Source of the DNA: Nibricoccus sp.
GTDB lineage: Bacteria > Verrucomicrobiota > Verrucomicrobiia > Opitutales > Opitutaceae
Reading direction: 5' to 3'
Length of the DNA: 64,000 bases
Assembly (NCBI GenBank): GCA_047602425.1
Contig: JASGHG010000001.1
Span: 4,448,001-4,512,000 of the forward strand
Of this stretch, positions 34,133 to 43,256 are shown piece by piece. The position numbers and the translations under genes are program-made. The notes below the pieces were generated by a model, which searched no databases, had not been told where the DNA came from, and saw only the letters and a list, made by a program, of their open reading frames with translations. Each line of letters begins with the position of its first letter. Within the stretch, counting starts at the first letter, position 1.

Positions 34133-35167
34133 ATGAAATTTGAGAACGTTTGCCTCGAATCCATCGCCGTTGCGTTGCCGGACGAAATTTGGTCTTCGGC
34201 TTCGATCGAAGAGCGCCTGCGTCCGCTTTACGAACGGCTGAAGTTGCCTTTCGGCCGATTGGAGCTGATGACGGGCATTCGCGAGCGGCGTCATTGGCCG
34301 GTGAATACACTTCCATCCGATGCGAGTGCCGCGGCGGGTAAGGCCGTACTCGCGAAATCCTCACTGCGTCCCGAACAGCTCGAAGTGTTTGTTCACGCAG
34401 CCGTTTGTCGCGACATGTTGGAACCGGCGACGGCGTCATTTGCTCATCGCAAAATCGGTCTCTCTCCGCGTTCGCAGGTTTTCGATGTTTCGAATGCCTG
34501 CCTCGGTTTTTTGAACAGCATGGTGTTGCTCGCCGGGTTGATTGAGTCCGGCCAAGTGCTGGCCGGCATGATCGTTTCCGGCGAAAATGGGCGGCCGCTA
34601 ATCGAACAAACGCTAAAGCATCTCCTGACGGCGCCGCTGGACCGGAACGCGATCAAACCCTTCTTCGCGAACCTGACGATTGGTTCGGGCGCAGTTGGTG
34701 CGATTTTATGTCATCGGTCGCTGGTGAAAGGCCGGCAGCATCGCCTGTTGGGCGGTGCGGTGCGAGCGGCGACACAGCACAGCGATCTTTGCAAAGGAGA
34801 CACACATGGAGCCGACGCGCTGGCGATGCAGACTGACTCCGAGGCGATGCTGGTCGCGGGGGTCGCGCTTGCGCGCGAAACCTGGAATGATTTTTCCACG
34901 GCGACTGGCTGGAATGAAGCACTGCCTGATCGGTTTATCTGCCACCAAGTCGGTGCGGCGCATCGACGCAAACTTTACGAAACGCTTGGGCTCGATCTGG
35001 CGAAGGATTTTTCGACCTTCGACACCCTGGGCAACATGGGTTCGGTTTCGTTACCGGCCACGCTTGCGTTGGCGATTGAAAACGGATCGGTCAACGAAGG
35101 CAGTCGAGTTGGACTGCTTGGAATCGGAAGTGGATTGAACTGCCTCATGTTGGGACTCGAATGGTGA
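34133..35167 (+). CDS. oleA: OleA-like acyl-CoA condensing enzyme (FabH/thiolase fold)
   Basis: ERLRPLYERLKLPFGRLELMTGIRERRHW, EPATA, DVSNACLGF, HQVG, GNMGSVSLP, GIGSGLNC; followed by an OleB-like hydrolase. Confidence 0.75.
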   Translation: MKFENVCLESIAVALPDEIWSSASIEERLRPLYERLKLPFGRLELMTGIRERRHWPVNTLPSDASAAAGKAVLAKSSLRPEQLEVFVHAAVCRDMLEPATASFAHRKIGLSPRSQVFDVSNACLGFLNSMVLLAGLIESGQVLAGMIVSGENGRPLIEQTLKHLLTAPLDRNAIKPFFANLTIGSGAVGAILCHRSLVKGRQHRLLGGAVRAATQHSDLCKGDTHGADALAMQTDSEAMLVAGVALARETWNDFSTATGWNEALPDRFICHQVGAAHRRKLYETLGLDLAKDFSTFDTLGNMGSVSLPATLALAIENGSVNEGSRVGLLGIGSGLNCLMLGLEW

Positions 35168-35267
35168 GCACGCGCAATATTTCCCAAACCGGACAATGCG
35201 GAGCATTGTCCCTACCTACAGACGACAAGCCGGCCGGCCCGGCGGTCCGTCCCTACCGCGCCCGCGC

Positions 35268-36164
35268 ATGAAAACATCTTCACCGATTCCCGCGTGGCTG
35301 CGCGCGATCTATCCGTTCGAGCCAAAATCATTTACTACGCCGCGCGGCGCGCGGATGAGCTATCTCGATGAAGGTCCGCGCAGCGACGAGGCGGTGTTGA
35401 TGTTGCACGGAAATCCGACGTGGTCGTTTTTCTATCGTGATGTGGTGAAGAGGCTCTCGCCGACGATCCGTTGCGTGGTGCCGGACCACGTTGGCATGGG
35501 GCTTTCGGAAAAGCCGGAGACTTACGACTACAGTCTCGCGACCCGAATTGCCGACGTGGAGGCACTAGTGGCGTCGCTTGGTTTAAAAAAGATCCACCTG
35601 ATCGTGCACGACTGGGGTGGGGCGATTGGTTGCGGTTTTGCGACGCGGCATCCGGAGTTGATCGGACGCATGGTGATTCTGAACACGGCGGCTTTTTTTT
35701 CGACGCACCTACCGAAGCGGATCGCTTTGTGCCGCGCGGGAATTTTTGGCAAGGTTTTGGTGCGCGGTTTCAACGGTTTTGCCGGGCCAGCCTCGTGGAT
35801 GTCGACAGTGCGACCGCTCGCGCCGGACGTGAAGCGCGGATTTCTTTTTCCCTACGATTCCTGGGAGAATCGTGTAGCTGTGCATCGGTTCGTGCAGGAC
35901 ATCCCAATGTCATCGAACCATTCGACGCGCCCGAGGCTCGATGAAATCGAAGCGAAGCTGCCTTTGCTGGCCAATCGGGAGAAACTGATTCTTTGGGGCG
36001 GCAAAGATTTTTGTTTCAACGACCATTTTCTGGCGCGCTGGCGTGAAATTTTTCCGCACGTGCCGGTGCATCGATACGACGATGCCGGGCACTATGTGCT
36101 GGAGGATGCCGGTACCGATGCAATCGAGCGTATCACCCGTTTTCTTTTACCCAAAACACCATGA
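35268..36164 (+). CDS. oleB: OleB-like alpha/beta hydrolase (haloalkane-dehalogenase subfamily)
   Basis: YLDEG, HGNPTWSFFYR, PDHVGMGLS, HDWGG, WGGKDFCF, AGHYVLED; directly after oleA. Confidence 0.72.
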   Translation: MKTSSPIPAWLRAIYPFEPKSFTTPRGARMSYLDEGPRSDEAVLMLHGNPTWSFFYRDVVKRLSPTIRCVVPDHVGMGLSEKPETYDYSLATRIADVEALVASLGLKKIHLIVHDWGGAIGCGFATRHPELIGRMVILNTAAFFSTHLPKRIALCRAGIFGKVLVRGFNGFAGPASWMSTVRPLAPDVKRGFLFPYDSWENRVAVHRFVQDIPMSSNHSTRPRLDEIEAKLPLLANREKLILWGGKDFCFNDHFLARWREIFPHVPVHRYDDAGHYVLEDAGTDAIERITRFLLPKTP

Positions 36165-36541
36165 AATTCGAACACTTCGCCATCAACGTTCCCGATTGCC
36201 GCGCCCAAGCCCACTGGTGGGTGCAAAACCTCGGCCTCACGGTTGCCCGCAAGCGCGAGGACGCGCCGTACACGCACTTTCTCGCGGATGAAACGGGGCG
36301 GGTTGTCGTTGAAATGTACAGCAACACGACCGCCGCGATGCCCGACTACAAGAAGACGCATCCCTTGGTTTTCCATGTGGCATTTGTTTCGAAAGACTCC
36401 CACGCGGATCGGGCGCGTGTGGAAAAAGCCGGCGCGACTTTCTTCGTGGAAGACAAACTGCCAGATGGGTCGTCGCTCGTTATGATGCAGGATCCTTGGG
36501 GAGTGGCGTTGCAATTTTGCCAGCGCGCAAATCCGTTTTAA
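36161..36541 (+). CDS. VOC/glyoxalase-family protein
   Basis: FEHFAINVPD, HVAF, DPWG..LQF. Confidence 0.8.
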   Translation: MKFEHFAINVPDCRAQAHWWVQNLGLTVARKREDAPYTHFLADETGRVVVEMYSNTTAAMPDYKKTHPLVFHVAFVSKDSHADRARVEKAGATFFVEDKLPDGSSLVMMQDPWGVALQFCQRANPF

Positions 36542-36562
36542 ATCCTGCCGAAAATTTTTATG

Positions 36563-36593
36563 AGACCGGAGCGCAAGCCCCGGTCTTTTTTTT
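36563..36593 (+). terminator. Intrinsic terminator
   Basis: AGACCGG...GCAA...CCGGTCT followed by a T-run. Confidence 0.65.
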
Positions 36594-36601
36594 CGCACCG
36601 A

Positions 36602-37312
36602 TTAATTGCCAAGATTTTTCTGCAGCAGCCGCTGGATACCCTCACGGGAAAGCAGAGTGATTTCACGTCCTTTGACGGAAATCCAGCCGGCTTCGCGGAA
36701 TTTGGCGAAAGTGCGCGAGAGCGTCTCGCTGGTGGTACCCATTTCCGCGGCCAGGACGCGCTTGGTCGTCTGGAGCTTGACGACTTCGGGAATTTTTTCC
36801 CCGGAAGAGCGGTGAAGCAGCCAGTTGGCGAGGCGGGTTTCGACGTCTTTTGACTGCAAGTCTTCCAGCAGGCCGACCAATACGCGGAGATGCGTGCTCA
36901 TCGAAGCGAGCATGCGCAGCGAAAGTTCAGGGCGGCGGCGGAGCAATTCGACGAACTCTTTCTTTGGAACAAGAATAACCGATGAATTTTCGACTGCCCG
37001 CGCGTCGGCCGGGTAACCAGTAGCCATTGCCAGGGCGGCCTCCGCGAAGGTTTCACCGGTGCGGAAGACATGGATGATCTGCTCCTTGCCGGCGGCGCTG
37101 ACGCGATGGACGTTGATGGCGCCAGTCTGCACGACGTAAAAGCCAAGCGCAGCGTCGCCTTCACGAAAGAGATACTCGCCTTTGCCGATACGGACGAGTT
37201 TTGAAAAACCGGCGATGATTTCCAGATCGGTCGGGGGCACTCCGGAAAAAATCTGGCAGCCACGGAGGGATTCCGCGAGGGCGACACGAGAAAGGGTGGA
37301 ATTGGCGGGCAT
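36602..37312 (-). CDS. Crp/Fnr-family transcriptional regulator (DNR/NnrR-like, no N-terminal Cys cluster)
   Basis: LFREGD, GETFAE, YPADARA, HTH GTTSETLSRTF (ExxSR recognition helix). Confidence 0.88.
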   Translation of the reverse strand: MPANSTLSRVALAESLRGCQIFSGVPPTDLEIIAGFSKLVRIGKGEYLFREGDAALGFYVVQTGAINVHRVSAAGKEQIIHVFRTGETFAEAALAMATGYPADARAVENSSVILVPKKEFVELLRRRPELSLRMLASMSTHLRVLVGLLEDLQSKDVETRLANWLLHRSSGEKIPEVVKLQTTKRVLAAEMGTTSETLSRTFAKFREAGWISVKGREITLLSREGIQRLLQKNLGN

Positions 37313-37365
37313 GGCGCCAGAAAGAAACACAGACGGCCGGCTTTGGCCAGCGCGCCGTGTGGATC

Positions 37366-37683
37366 TCAACGGCGATTTTCCAGGAACTCACGTCCTGCCG
37401 GTGTGATCATCTCCGGATTCCAAGGGGGATCAAACGACATCACGATATCGACGGTGGTCACGCCTGGAATGCCAGCAACCATCAACCGGGCGCCCTCGAC
37501 AATCTGATCGTGCATCGGGCAGTTGGGACTGGTTGGCGTAATGACGACGCGGACGAAGCCCGTTTCATCGTGTTCAATGGCGCTTACCATGCCGAGATCG
37601 ACAATGTTGAGCCCGATTTCGGGGTCATCGAGCAGGCGGAGACGGTCGAGGATCGTGGCGTCGTCTGGAATTGGGTTGCTCAT
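37366..37683 (-). CDS. DUF59/SufT-like Fe-S cluster assembly protein
   Basis: DPEIGLNIVDLGMV, TPTSPNCP, PPWNPEMIT. Confidence 0.85.
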   Translation of the reverse strand: MSNPIPDDATILDRLRLLDDPEIGLNIVDLGMVSAIEHDETGFVRVVITPTSPNCPMHDQIVEGARLMVAGIPGVTTVDIVMSFDPPWNPEMITPAGREFLENRR

Positions 37684-38996
37684 GTGGAAAGGGAGGCTGG
37701 GCGTGCGGCGGGTGTGGGTAGTGGTTGGGCGGCGGAACGCCAAAGGTGGGAAAGACTCTTGAATAGGTTGATGACGAAGCCAGCCATGGACGCGCAGAAG
37801 ACGAAAGCACCGATGCGGACAACGAAATCACTTTGAATAGCCGAACCTACGGCTAGCGCTAGAGCTGCGGCCGGAACCGACCAGGCGAGGATATTGAGCA
37901 AGCGCCCATAGACGAGGTCTGCGAGTTTTGGAACGCGAGCGCGGCCCAGAAGGGGGGCATAACGATGTTGCCAGACGAGGAAGGGCACGATTTTGGCGCC
38001 CATGCCCAGAATGGCGCATGCCAATGTGCCAAAAACGGCAAAGGTGAAGAGCGGCGTGTCGAGATTCAAAGCCAAAGCGGGCGCATGGCCTGCGAGTTGA
38101 AGACCACGGAAAATGAAACCGATGGCTACCGGTAAAAGAAAAACAAGGTTGTGGGCGTAGAGTCGCAAGGCTCCATCCAGGCGGCGAGGACTGCGGCGGA
38201 TGAGGGCAAGATTCTCGATCGCGTAGAAACCGAGACCCAATGCGGCGGCGAGCGCGGCAAAAGGCAGAAGTTGCGAAAATGCGAGCTGGCCGGGAATAAA
38301 AAGAGCGATGGCTGCCAGAAAGTATTGGACCGAACCGTAAGCTCGACGTGCGCTGGTCAGCGGCACGAGCAGGAACATCGGCAGGAGCGTATAAGACACG
38401 GCGGCGAGAATGAGCAAAAAGAATCCAGCCAGCATCAGGTAGGTGTGGGCGCCGAGGAGAAGAAGCGGTTCACGTACGGCAACAAAACCGAGTTTCGACG
38501 AAAGAATACAAGCGGCGACGCCGAGGGCGACCGTGAGAGAGCCGAGACAACCGAGCACGCCAATCGAGGTGGGAGTGCGACGTAAAGGACGCACCGCGGT
38601 GCAGGTGATATTCAGCACGTAGAGGACGAGTCCCAAAAGGACGGCGGTTCCGCCGACGGCGAGTGCGGGCATCCGCCAGTGGTAGAAGCCGTAAACCATC
38701 AGGGGCACGCCGGGAAGATGCAGCGCCAGGTGGATTTTTGCCAAGGTGCGACTGAAAAGCGGGTTTTCAAAAGCAACGGGCAGCAACTGATAACTCGAAC
38801 CAGCGACCAGCGACATAAGGAAACCGAGGCCGATAACGTGAGCGAAAGCGATGACATGCGGTTGGTAAAAATGACCGGTCAGCGTAGTCGGATTGCAGGC
38901 AAGCCAGAGCAGCCCTGCGGCGAAATGCAGAAAGCCGAAAAGAAAAAACGGCAATGCAATCCAGATCTGACTTGGAGCGGGGGAGGACTTGCTCAT
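37680..38996 (-). CDS. Multi-TM membrane protein (heme-copper oxidase subunit I/NnrS-like)
   Basis: About 12 hydrophobic segments, His in helices, YQLLPV and KIVPFLVW; in the DUF2249 cluster. Confidence 0.7.
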   Translation of the reverse strand: MSKSSPAPSQIWIALPFFLFGFLHFAAGLLWLACNPTTLTGHFYQPHVIAFAHVIGLGFLMSLVAGSSYQLLPVAFENPLFSRTLAKIHLALHLPGVPLMVYGFYHWRMPALAVGGTAVLLGLVLYVLNITCTAVRPLRRTPTSIGVLGCLGSLTVALGVAACILSSKLGFVAVREPLLLLGAHTYLMLAGFFLLILAAVSYTLLPMFLLVPLTSARRAYGSVQYFLAAIALFIPGQLAFSQLLPFAALAAALGLGFYAIENLALIRRSPRRLDGALRLYAHNLVFLLPVAIGFIFRGLQLAGHAPALALNLDTPLFTFAVFGTLACAILGMGAKIVPFLVWQHRYAPLLGRARVPKLADLVYGRLLNILAWSVPAAALALAVGSAIQSDFVVRIGAFVFCASMAGFVINLFKSLSHLWRSAAQPLPTPAARPASLST

Positions 38997-39250
38997 GTGG
39001 AGGGCGAGCCGGTGGCGCTTGTTTCGGTGATGGGCATTTGGATGGTCCAACTGCCATCCGCTTGTGGCGTGCACGTATGTTGCTGGCCGCGACGCTTGAG
39101 TTCCTCGAGGAGAAACATGGGACGGCGCTCCAAATGGGCTTCGAGAATTATGCCGGGTGGTGTGGTAGCGAGTGCTTCGAGAATTCGCATCATGGGTTCA
39201 GGAGGCTCCAGGCCGCGGAGATCCATTTTGCTGATCAAGGTGGGTGTCAT
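38993..39250 (-). CDS. DUF2249 protein
   Basis: DLRGLEPPEPMMRILEAL...RRPMFLLEEL. Confidence 0.8.
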   Translation of the reverse strand: MTPTLISKMDLRGLEPPEPMMRILEALATTPPGIILEAHLERRPMFLLEELKRRGQQHTCTPQADGSWTIQMPITETSATGSPST

Positions 39251-39270
39251 GGTGAAAGCGCTTTGGAGAT

Positions 39271-39522
39271 TCAGGCTGGTTTTAGACGGCTAACGCGGAC
39301 GGCGAAAGCGTTGGGGTCCTGCTGAATGTTTTCCCACGAGAATTGCCCTGGATGCGCGGAGTCGAGAAGGTAGCGAAGCGGAAGAGGATTATGCCCATTG
39401 ATGAGCACGAAGTAATCGCCGGGCGCCAGGTTGCGGGCGCGAGCGAAAACCTGGGGCTGTTTGACCTCACACGAAAGTGTGCGGGCGTCGTAGATTTTTT
39501 CGGCAGGAATAGTGGAGAGCAT
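39271..39522 (-). CDS. DUF2249 protein
   Basis: DARTL...LAPGDYFVLINGHNPLPLRY. Confidence 0.8.
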   Translation of the reverse strand: MLSTIPAEKIYDARTLSCEVKQPQVFARARNLAPGDYFVLINGHNPLPLRYLLDSAHPGQFSWENIQQDPNAFAVRVSRLKPA

Positions 39523-39556
39523 GCCGCCAGCTTAGCAGTCGGTGCGTAAAACAGCC

Positions 39557-39570
39557 TTGAGGCGGATCAA
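39557..39570 (-). promoter_or_regulatory. FNR-type box (class II position)
   Basis: TTGATCCGCCTCAA on the minus strand, centre 41.5 bp from the ATG at 39522; TAAGCT at -12..-7. Confidence 0.75.
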
Positions 39571-39588
39571 ACTTCAACGATCTCGATG

Positions 39589-40398
39589 CTAACACCGATA
39601 AACTGCTGTTGCGCCAAGCACGTACAATGTGCCCCAGCCAACCTCAATGATGCCGAGTTGTTTGGCGGTGAAGTTGGACTTGTTCGAGAGGAGGAAGAAA
39701 CACGCGCGCAGCGAGAGCACGGCGTTGAGGGCGACAATCGCGGGTGGCACCAGATTTTGTTGGGCGAGACCAGCGAGTACGAGCGGGGCGAAAACCTGGG
39801 CCAGCAAGGCAGGGAGCAGCTGATTGGTTTCGCCACGTGCCCTCCGCAGGCAGGCGCGTACAAAAAGCAGACTCGGCCAGGCGCGGGCCAGACTCACGCA
39901 GCCGAGGGAAAGTGCGGACGCGAGATCCCATTTATCGGCCAAGGCGATCGAAACCAGCGGAAAAGAGCAAAGACCGGTGGCGATAAGTTCGGTGGTGAGC
40001 GCACGAGTTTGGCCTTCTCGTTCGCGCAAAGCAAAAACCAGCAGAGCGGGAAAACATACGATCACGGGGATGAGCACCTGCCAGCGGGAAACGGCGATTG
40101 CACCGACGAGGCAAAATGCGGCCCCGAGAGACAAGGCGAGTAATAGCAGACGCGCGGGAGCGCGCAGAGACAGCGGGCTGGGTGAAGCCGTGGCGAAGGA
40201 AAACTTCGCGGGTTTGCGGGAGATAAAACCAAGAAAAACCGCCAGGCTCAACCAAAGTGCCGCGGGTGAGAAGGCGACGAGCAAGCCGAGGAACAGCGGC
40301 TCCAGGAAAAAAGCCCAACTGCCATGTTCATTGGGTAGAAGCAGGCGCCGCCAGGCAACGGGCCGATTTTTTAAGTCCGGGTGAAGATTGTCTGCCAC
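39589..40398 (-). CDS. YwiC-like membrane protein
   Basis: LPNEHGSWAFFLEP N-terminal motif, KQLGIIE C-terminal motif. Confidence 0.8.
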   Translation of the reverse strand: MADNLHPDLKNRPVAWRRLLLPNEHGSWAFFLEPLFLGLLVAFSPAALWLSLAVFLGFISRKPAKFSFATASPSPLSLRAPARLLLLALSLGAAFCLVGAIAVSRWQVLIPVIVCFPALLVFALREREGQTRALTTELIATGLCSFPLVSIALADKWDLASALSLGCVSLARAWPSLLFVRACLRRARGETNQLLPALLAQVFAPLVLAGLAQQNLVPPAIVALNAVLSLRACFFLLSNKSNFTAKQLGIIEVGWGTLYVLGATAVYRC

Positions 40399-40604
40399 GA
40401 GCCGTCGGACTGAATTTGTGGGCGAGCTCCGAAGCCGGAGCTTTTGAGATGCTCGATGAGCGGCGAAGGAAGAAAAGGCGTGATCAAGATCAATCCTTCT
40501 TCGGGTTTGAGCGAAGCAACTTCGGACGTGATGATGGAGAACGGTTCACCGCCACGTTTCAGCACGGGGCGAACGTCGAGGGTGCGAAATTTTTGCGTGC
40601 TCAT
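40371..40604 (-). CDS. DUF2249 protein
   Basis: LDVRPVLKRGGEPFSII...LITPFLPSPL. Confidence 0.8.
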   Translation of the reverse strand: MSTQKFRTLDVRPVLKRGGEPFSIITSEVASLKPEEGLILITPFLPSPLIEHLKSSGFGARPQIQSDGSWQTIFTRT

Positions 40605-40621
40605 TTGGGCATGATGGGAGG

Positions 40622-40960
40622 TTATGGTTTGGAAAGCGTGAGAAGCATGGAAAACTTTTCCGCGGCACGCACGGCATGCGGAGCGCCCGGCGGCATGTGG
40701 AGAAGATCGCCGGCAGTCAGGTTATGGGTTTTGCCATTCACGTCGAATTCGCAGCTTCCACTGAGCACCTGAACAATGGCGGCGCGGGGCGTGCTATGTT
40801 CCGAAAGCGATTGTCCAGCGGCAAAAGCGAAGAGCACGACGCGCGTGACGGAATTGGCAAAGAGCGTGCGACTGACGACGCCGTTTTCGGCGAAGACCGT
40901 CTCGCTGGTGAGTGAGGTCTGGACAACTTGATCGACGGGAAAAACAGGTTTTTCGGCCAT
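40622..40960 (-). CDS. Cupin-domain protein
   Basis: FAAGQSLSEHSTP, MPPGAPHAVRA. Confidence 0.85.
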   Translation of the reverse strand: MAEKPVFPVDQVVQTSLTSETVFAENGVVSRTLFANSVTRVVLFAFAAGQSLSEHSTPRAAIVQVLSGSCEFDVNGKTHNLTAGDLLHMPPGAPHAVRAAEKFSMLLTLSKP

Positions 40961-40994
40961 GCGGTCAATTTAGCCCTTTGCGGCGCGGGCGTCG

Positions 40995-41008
40995 TTGATG
41001 CCGGTCAA
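40995..41008 (-). promoter_or_regulatory. FNR-type box (class II position)
   Basis: TTGATGCCGGTCAA (plus strand), centre 41.5 bp from the ATG at 40960; TAAATT at -12..-7. Confidence 0.75.
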
Positions 41009-41041
41009 GTTTTCAGGCGGGTGGCTGTTTACCAAACCGAT

Positions 41042-42628
41042 TTATACGTCGTTGGCGGGCGTGATGCGTCCGTACAGTTCGCCCAATTCCCGTAGGTACG
41101 TGCTGCTGTCGAGGTAAAGGCGGCCGAGTTGTTCGGGGCGGAAACGCCATTGCCAGTTGCCGGCGGCAACGCCGGGGCTGTTGAGGCGGCCTTCCGACGC
41201 GAGACAGAAGAAGTCTTGCAGCGCAATAATGGCGAGATTGCACGGCGACGAATAAGCGGCGCGGATAAAATCCCAACCGACCTCGTGACCACTGATGCGG
41301 AAATAACGGCGCACGTGATCGCGGACATTTTCGGGCGCAGAACGATACCAGCCGAGAGTGGTATCGTTGTCGTGAGTTCCCGGATACACGACACTGTTGG
41401 TGTGGTGATTGTGCGGGAGGTAAAGATTGTCGGCTTTGCCACCGTAGGCGAATTGAAGGATGACCATGCCGGGGAGTCCAGTGGCGTCGCGCAGATCGAG
41501 GACAGAAGGCATCAGGTCGCCGAGATCCTCGGCAATGAGACGCGCATCGGGCATGGCCGCCTTTACCGCGGCAAAGAAAGGCAGGCCCGGGCCGGGGAGC
41601 CATTTGCCGGTACGGGCTGTCTCGGCGGAGGCGGGAATGGACCAGTACGTGTCGAAGGCGCGGAAGTGGTCGATGCGAAGGACGTCGCAGAGTTCGAAAT
41701 TGGCACGAAGGCGACTGAGCCACCATTTGTAACCATCGGCAGCATGCGCGGCCCAGTCGTAAAGCGGGTTGCCCCAGAGCTGTCCATCGGCCGAAAAATA
41801 ATCGGGAGGAACGCCGGCGACGGCCAGCGGGCATCCGGTGGTTTGGTCGATTTGGAAAAGTTGGGGATTGGCCCAGACGTCGGCGCTGTCGAGAGCGACG
41901 AAGATCGGCGCGTCGCCGATGATTTCGATGCCGCGTTTGCGGGCGTTGGCCCGAACCTCCTGCCATTGCCCAAAGAAAAGATACTGACAGAAGGCGTAGG
42001 CCTCGGCCTTGGCGGACACGCCTTCGGGCAGGGTGGCGCCTTGTGCGAGTTTAAAGAAGCGGAATTCGGCCGGCCAGTCCCACCAGGGCTGCCCTTTGTG
42101 GCAATCCTTGAGCGCCATAAAAAGCGTGTACGGCGCGAGCCAGTCACGATGCTTTTTCTGAAAATCGGCGAAGTCGCCATAGGGCTGGGCGGGGGCGCCG
42201 GGCGCGTTTTTTAAATTTTGAAACGCCCTGAACAGAACCGGCCACTTCGTGACGTACAACCAACCGAAATCGACATGATCCTGCGGCAGGGCGCGGAGTG
42301 GGCTGAGATCGGCGTCCGTCAGCAATCCGTGGTTTTTGAGCGCCTCAAGATCGATCAGGTACGGATTGCCGGCGAACGAGGAAAAGCATTGATAAGGCGA
42401 ATCACCGTAGCCGGTCGGTCCGAGCGGGCAGACCTGCCAGTAGCGGAAACCAGCGGATTGGAGGAAGGCCAGCCACGCATCGACCGCGCCGTCGAGCGAG
42501 CCCACGCCATAGGAACCGGGAAGGCAGGTCGGATGCAGCAGCACGCCAGCAGCACGTTCAGTCAGCCAGTCGAACAACGGAGCAACAACGGATCTTTTTC
42601 GCGGCTCAAGTTTGGTGGTGTCGCTCAT
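41042..42628 (-). CDS. malQ: 4-alpha-glucanotransferase (GH77)
   Basis: GVLLHPT, WQVCPLGPTGYGDSPY, GVPPDYFS..GQLWGNP, RIDHFR, IAEDLG, GTHDNDT. Confidence 0.95.
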   Translation of the reverse strand: MSDTTKLEPRKRSVVAPLFDWLTERAAGVLLHPTCLPGSYGVGSLDGAVDAWLAFLQSAGFRYWQVCPLGPTGYGDSPYQCFSSFAGNPYLIDLEALKNHGLLTDADLSPLRALPQDHVDFGWLYVTKWPVLFRAFQNLKNAPGAPAQPYGDFADFQKKHRDWLAPYTLFMALKDCHKGQPWWDWPAEFRFFKLAQGATLPEGVSAKAEAYAFCQYLFFGQWQEVRANARKRGIEIIGDAPIFVALDSADVWANPQLFQIDQTTGCPLAVAGVPPDYFSADGQLWGNPLYDWAAHAADGYKWWLSRLRANFELCDVLRIDHFRAFDTYWSIPASAETARTGKWLPGPGLPFFAAVKAAMPDARLIAEDLGDLMPSVLDLRDATGLPGMVILQFAYGGKADNLYLPHNHHTNSVVYPGTHDNDTTLGWYRSAPENVRDHVRRYFRISGHEVGWDFIRAAYSSPCNLAIIALQDFFCLASEGRLNSPGVAAGNWQWRFRPEQLGRLYLDSSTYLRELGELYGRITPANDV

Positions 42629-42783
42629 GGTTTGTTGGTAGGATCGCGTAGCTAGGATTTGCAGAAAGCAAATAACAGACTGGGATTAACCGCAAGCTGG
42701 CAGACGGCGGTGTATGGTCGTACTTTGTGCCGTAATTTCGAGGTGGAATTTGGCCAGATTTGCGGTCGAATATCCCGCATATT

Positions 42784-43248
42784 ATGAAGGCAGTTATTTT
42801 TCTGGGCCTATGGGTTTCCTTGGTCGGTAGTACTGGTTGTGCAGTAGCAAAGGACGAGATCGCTGTCGTTTTACCTCCTTCTCCCACATCTGAAGAGCGT
42901 ATATTTGCAGACACAATTCTAACTGCATTCAAGCGGAAGGATCCAGCGCTGCTCACAGAGATTTCCCACTGGAAATCGTCGGAAGGCAAGCCGACCTTTT
43001 TTGCGGAGTTTTATGGCGAGTTGCTTAAACGAGGCTGCAAAAAGCTCACCATCGAGCGGGTCGATCCCAAACTCGCCACGGAGCGAATTGAAAACAACGA
43101 ACGAATCCGAGAAAGTCTGCCAGTAAGCTGGGTTCTTGTGGTCTATCATTCCACAACGGCCAGTATTTCTACTGATATGAACGCCGGGCTTGATGAGGGG
43201 ATCATCAAGTTGACAACTTCCTCCGTCGTTAAAGAGAGCGAGAAATAG
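42784..43248 (+). CDS. Hypothetical secreted/lipoprotein, AT-richer than its neighbours
   Basis: Signal-peptide-like MKAVIFLGLWVSLVGSTGC. Confidence 0.55.
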   Translation: MKAVIFLGLWVSLVGSTGCAVAKDEIAVVLPPSPTSEERIFADTILTAFKRKDPALLTEISHWKSSEGKPTFFAEFYGELLKRGCKKLTIERVDPKLATERIENNERIRESLPVSWVLVVYHSTTASISTDMNAGLDEGIIKLTTSSVVKESEK

Positions 43249-43256
43249 CGTACGCG

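Noticed and set aside
35268..36164. Haloalkane dehalogenase call
   Set aside because: Position directly after an OleA-like gene favours OleB, which belongs to the same subfamily; not proven.
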